From Octopus sinensis (Eukaryota): DNA of 9,054 bases. A program made the position numbers and the translations under genes. Below are positions 7,229 to 9,054 of this stretch, in pieces. The stretch's first letter is position 1. Each line of letters starts with the position of its first letter. The notes beneath the pieces were generated by a model. It saw only the letters and a list, made by a program, of their open reading frames with translations. It was not told where the DNA came from and made no database searches. The stretch is taken from positions 1 through 9,054 of the forward strand of contig NW_021828142.1 in assembly GCF_006345805.1 (NCBI RefSeq). Reading direction: 5' to 3'.

Positions 7229-8015
7229 CATCATCATCATCATCATCATTTAGCGTCCGTTTTCCATGCTAGCATGGGTTGGACGGTTCAACTGGGGTCT
7301 GGGGAGCCCGAAGGCTGCACCAGGCCAGTCAGATCTGGCAGTGTTTCTACAGCTGGATGCCCTTCCTAACGCCAACCACTCCGAGAGTGTAGTGGGTGAT
7401 TTTATGTGCCACCGACACAGGTGCCAGACGAGGCTGGCGAACGGCCACGCTCGGATGGTGTTTTTATGTGCCACCGACACAGGTGCCAGACGAGGCTGGC
7501 AGGGCCACGCTCGGATGGTGTTTTTATGTGCCACCGACACAGGTGCCATGAGGCTGGCAGACGGCCACCTCGGATGGTGTTTTTATGTGCCACCGCACAT
7601 GTGCCAGATGAGGCTGGCGACGGCCACGACGGTATGGTTGTTTTTTATGTGCCACCGACACAGGTGCCAGACGAGGCTGCGAACGGCCACGCTCGGATTG
7701 TGTTTTTATGTGCCACGACACAGGTTCCAGAGAGAGCTGGCGAACGGCCACGCTCGGATGGTGTTTTTATGTGCCACCGACACAGGTGCCAGACGAGGCT
7801 GGCGAACGGCCACGCTCGGATGGTGTTTTTATGTGCCACCGACACAGGTGCCAGACGAGGCTGGCGAACGGCCACGCTCGGATGGTGTTTTTATGTGCCA
7901 CCGACACAGGTGCCAGATGAGGCTGGCGGACGGCCACGATCGGATGGTGTTTGTTACGTCCCCAAAGCACGGAGGCCAGTCTATGCGGTACTGGCTACGG
8001 CCACGTTCGGATGAT
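7229..8015 (-). mobile_element. 5'-truncated non-LTR retroelement 3' end (RTE-type LINE 3'UTR, or a SINE sharing it) with (ATG)7 tail and internal minisatellite
   Basis: Minus strand ends ...ggttggcgttaggaagggcatccagctgtagaaac...aacccatgctagcatggaaaacggacgctaa(atg)n. Short-repeat tails are typical of RTE-clade elements. An older homolog lies at 5447-5625. Confidence 0.7.
7401..8015. repeat. 62-bp GC-rich minisatellite, 9 well-conserved units plus 1 diverged unit
   Basis: tttatgtgcc recurs at 7401, 7463, 7523, 7582, 7644, 7705, 7766, 7828 and 7890; diverged unit at 7951-8015. Confidence 0.95.
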
Positions 8016-8055
8016 TTATATCATATATGATAACACAGAGCACAAGTGTGATTAA

Positions 8056-8138
8056 GGCCCAATGATGGCTGTGTGGCTGAGAAGATTGCTTCTCAACCAC
8101 ATGGTCTTGGGTTCAGTCTCATAGTGTGGCACATAAGC
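8056..8138 (+). mobile_element. tRNA-derived SINE head fragment
   Basis: A-box-like tggctgtgtgg 8066-8076 and B-box-like ggttcagtctc 8110-8120 at tRNA-like spacing. It is too degenerate to fold as a tRNA. Confidence 0.6.
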
Positions 8139-8702
8139 TAGATAAATAAATACTATGATAACGATGCTAGGTAAATGGTGGAAGTCATAGAAGGATGTGA
8201 TTTCACAGCTGCAGTAGGGAGATCCACCTACAAAGTGGGAAACATGAACAAACCTAACATTTAATGAAAAGATTTCTAGACTAGACATGTAAGAGGCAAG
8301 ACATTTGCAAGCTGGAACGACAACAACTTTACTAGGAGAGCAGTAACCTCTAAATGAAAAAGTGTTACAGTGTAGAAGAAACCAGAAAGACCAGCTTTCT
8401 AGTGTCACTGACATGATAGTATACACTATGATACAAAGTAGTTAGTTATTAGAAAAACCATACCAAAATTATGTTAATCATAAATACTATGTAAAATCCT
8501 ATCCATGACATATAAGAAAGTGTGAGAGCACTTAGCTCCAGTCACTCTTGAACTTCCTTAGCCAGATTGTAGATAACTCATGCTGACTTCTCATGCAAAG
8601 GAAAACATATATCTTGTTCAACTGTATAAAGAAATACAGACTTTGAAATGAAACATCCTGATAATACCAGCTCCCCCCACCTCTCCTCTTTCTTTCTTTA
8701 TA

Positions 8703-8703
<1 letters not shown>

Positions 8704-8734
<31 letters not shown>
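8704..8734. repeat. (TG)15 microsatellite
   Basis: Read directly. Confidence 0.97.
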
Positions 8735-8736
<2 letters not shown>

Positions 8737-9054
8737 CTCCATCTATTTCTGATTTGAAGTCATAGGAAGAATGGTGCATTAATTCTTTCTTTCATGAGAA
8801 AGCTACCTGCAGGAATTTATCTATTTATGAATCAGCCCTACCAATCAGTGCCAAGGCTGCCTATGTATGCAATGAAATATGTAAAAACAATATATGTAGT
8901 AAAATAAGGAATAGATCCTCAAACATTAAGCATCTTCCTTATATTTCCACTAAGAATTACCTTGCATTTCAATAGTTAAGCTTTATAAAGAGAAATTGAT
9001 TGAGTTTAGCTTTGGTCTTTACAAATACTTCGACAAAGGCTTTTTAAGACTGAA

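Noticed and set aside
7401-8015. CRISPR array (regular repeats with hairpins)
   Set aside because: Units abut with no unique spacers, there are no cas genes, and the context is eukaryotic retroelement DNA.
7250-8030. Long ORFs of 254 aa, 202 aa and others as real genes
   Set aside because: They are by-products of a stop-free 62-bp repeat; the peptides simply cycle through the three frames of the unit.
8056-8138. tRNA gene
   Set aside because: It has A/B-box-like motifs but no cloverleaf; better explained as a SINE head.
8052-8426. 124-aa minus-strand ORF
   Set aside because: No recognisable domain, it overlaps a SINE head in antisense, and there is no convincing splice context.

Overview
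AT-rich eukaryotic, non-genic DNA made almost entirely of nested mobile elements and microsatellites. The SINE and LINE-tail families look cephalopod/octopus-like to me (recalled, not searched). No intact protein-coding gene is supported. Left to right: (1) a decayed Penelope-like element (PLE) GIY-YIG endonuclease on the minus strand (217-619), interrupted by (2) a complete but dead 1257-bp Tc1-family transposon with 27-bp TIRs and TA target duplications (622-1878); (3) a young tandem array of ~492-bp units (1980-3518) with a 5' inverted cap, sitting between (TA)n tracts; (4) a second, different decayed PLE (RT, linker, GIY-YIG, G-poor 3' region with a decayed hammerhead) on the plus strand (3551-~5353); (5) old SINE copies; (6) a retroelement 3' tail carrying an expanded 62-bp tandem repeat (7229-8015). 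The main finding is in (3). Every unit carries a type I hammerhead ribozyme on the plus strand: CUGAAGA...GAAA core, palindromic stem III, GUA cleavage triplet, 8-bp stem I and an unusually long stem II. The predicted cleavage sites are exactly 492 nt apart. This looks like a non-autonomous retrozyme (possible circular-RNA producer) mobilised by PLE machinery, inserted in a microsatellite that was also hit by two PLEs.
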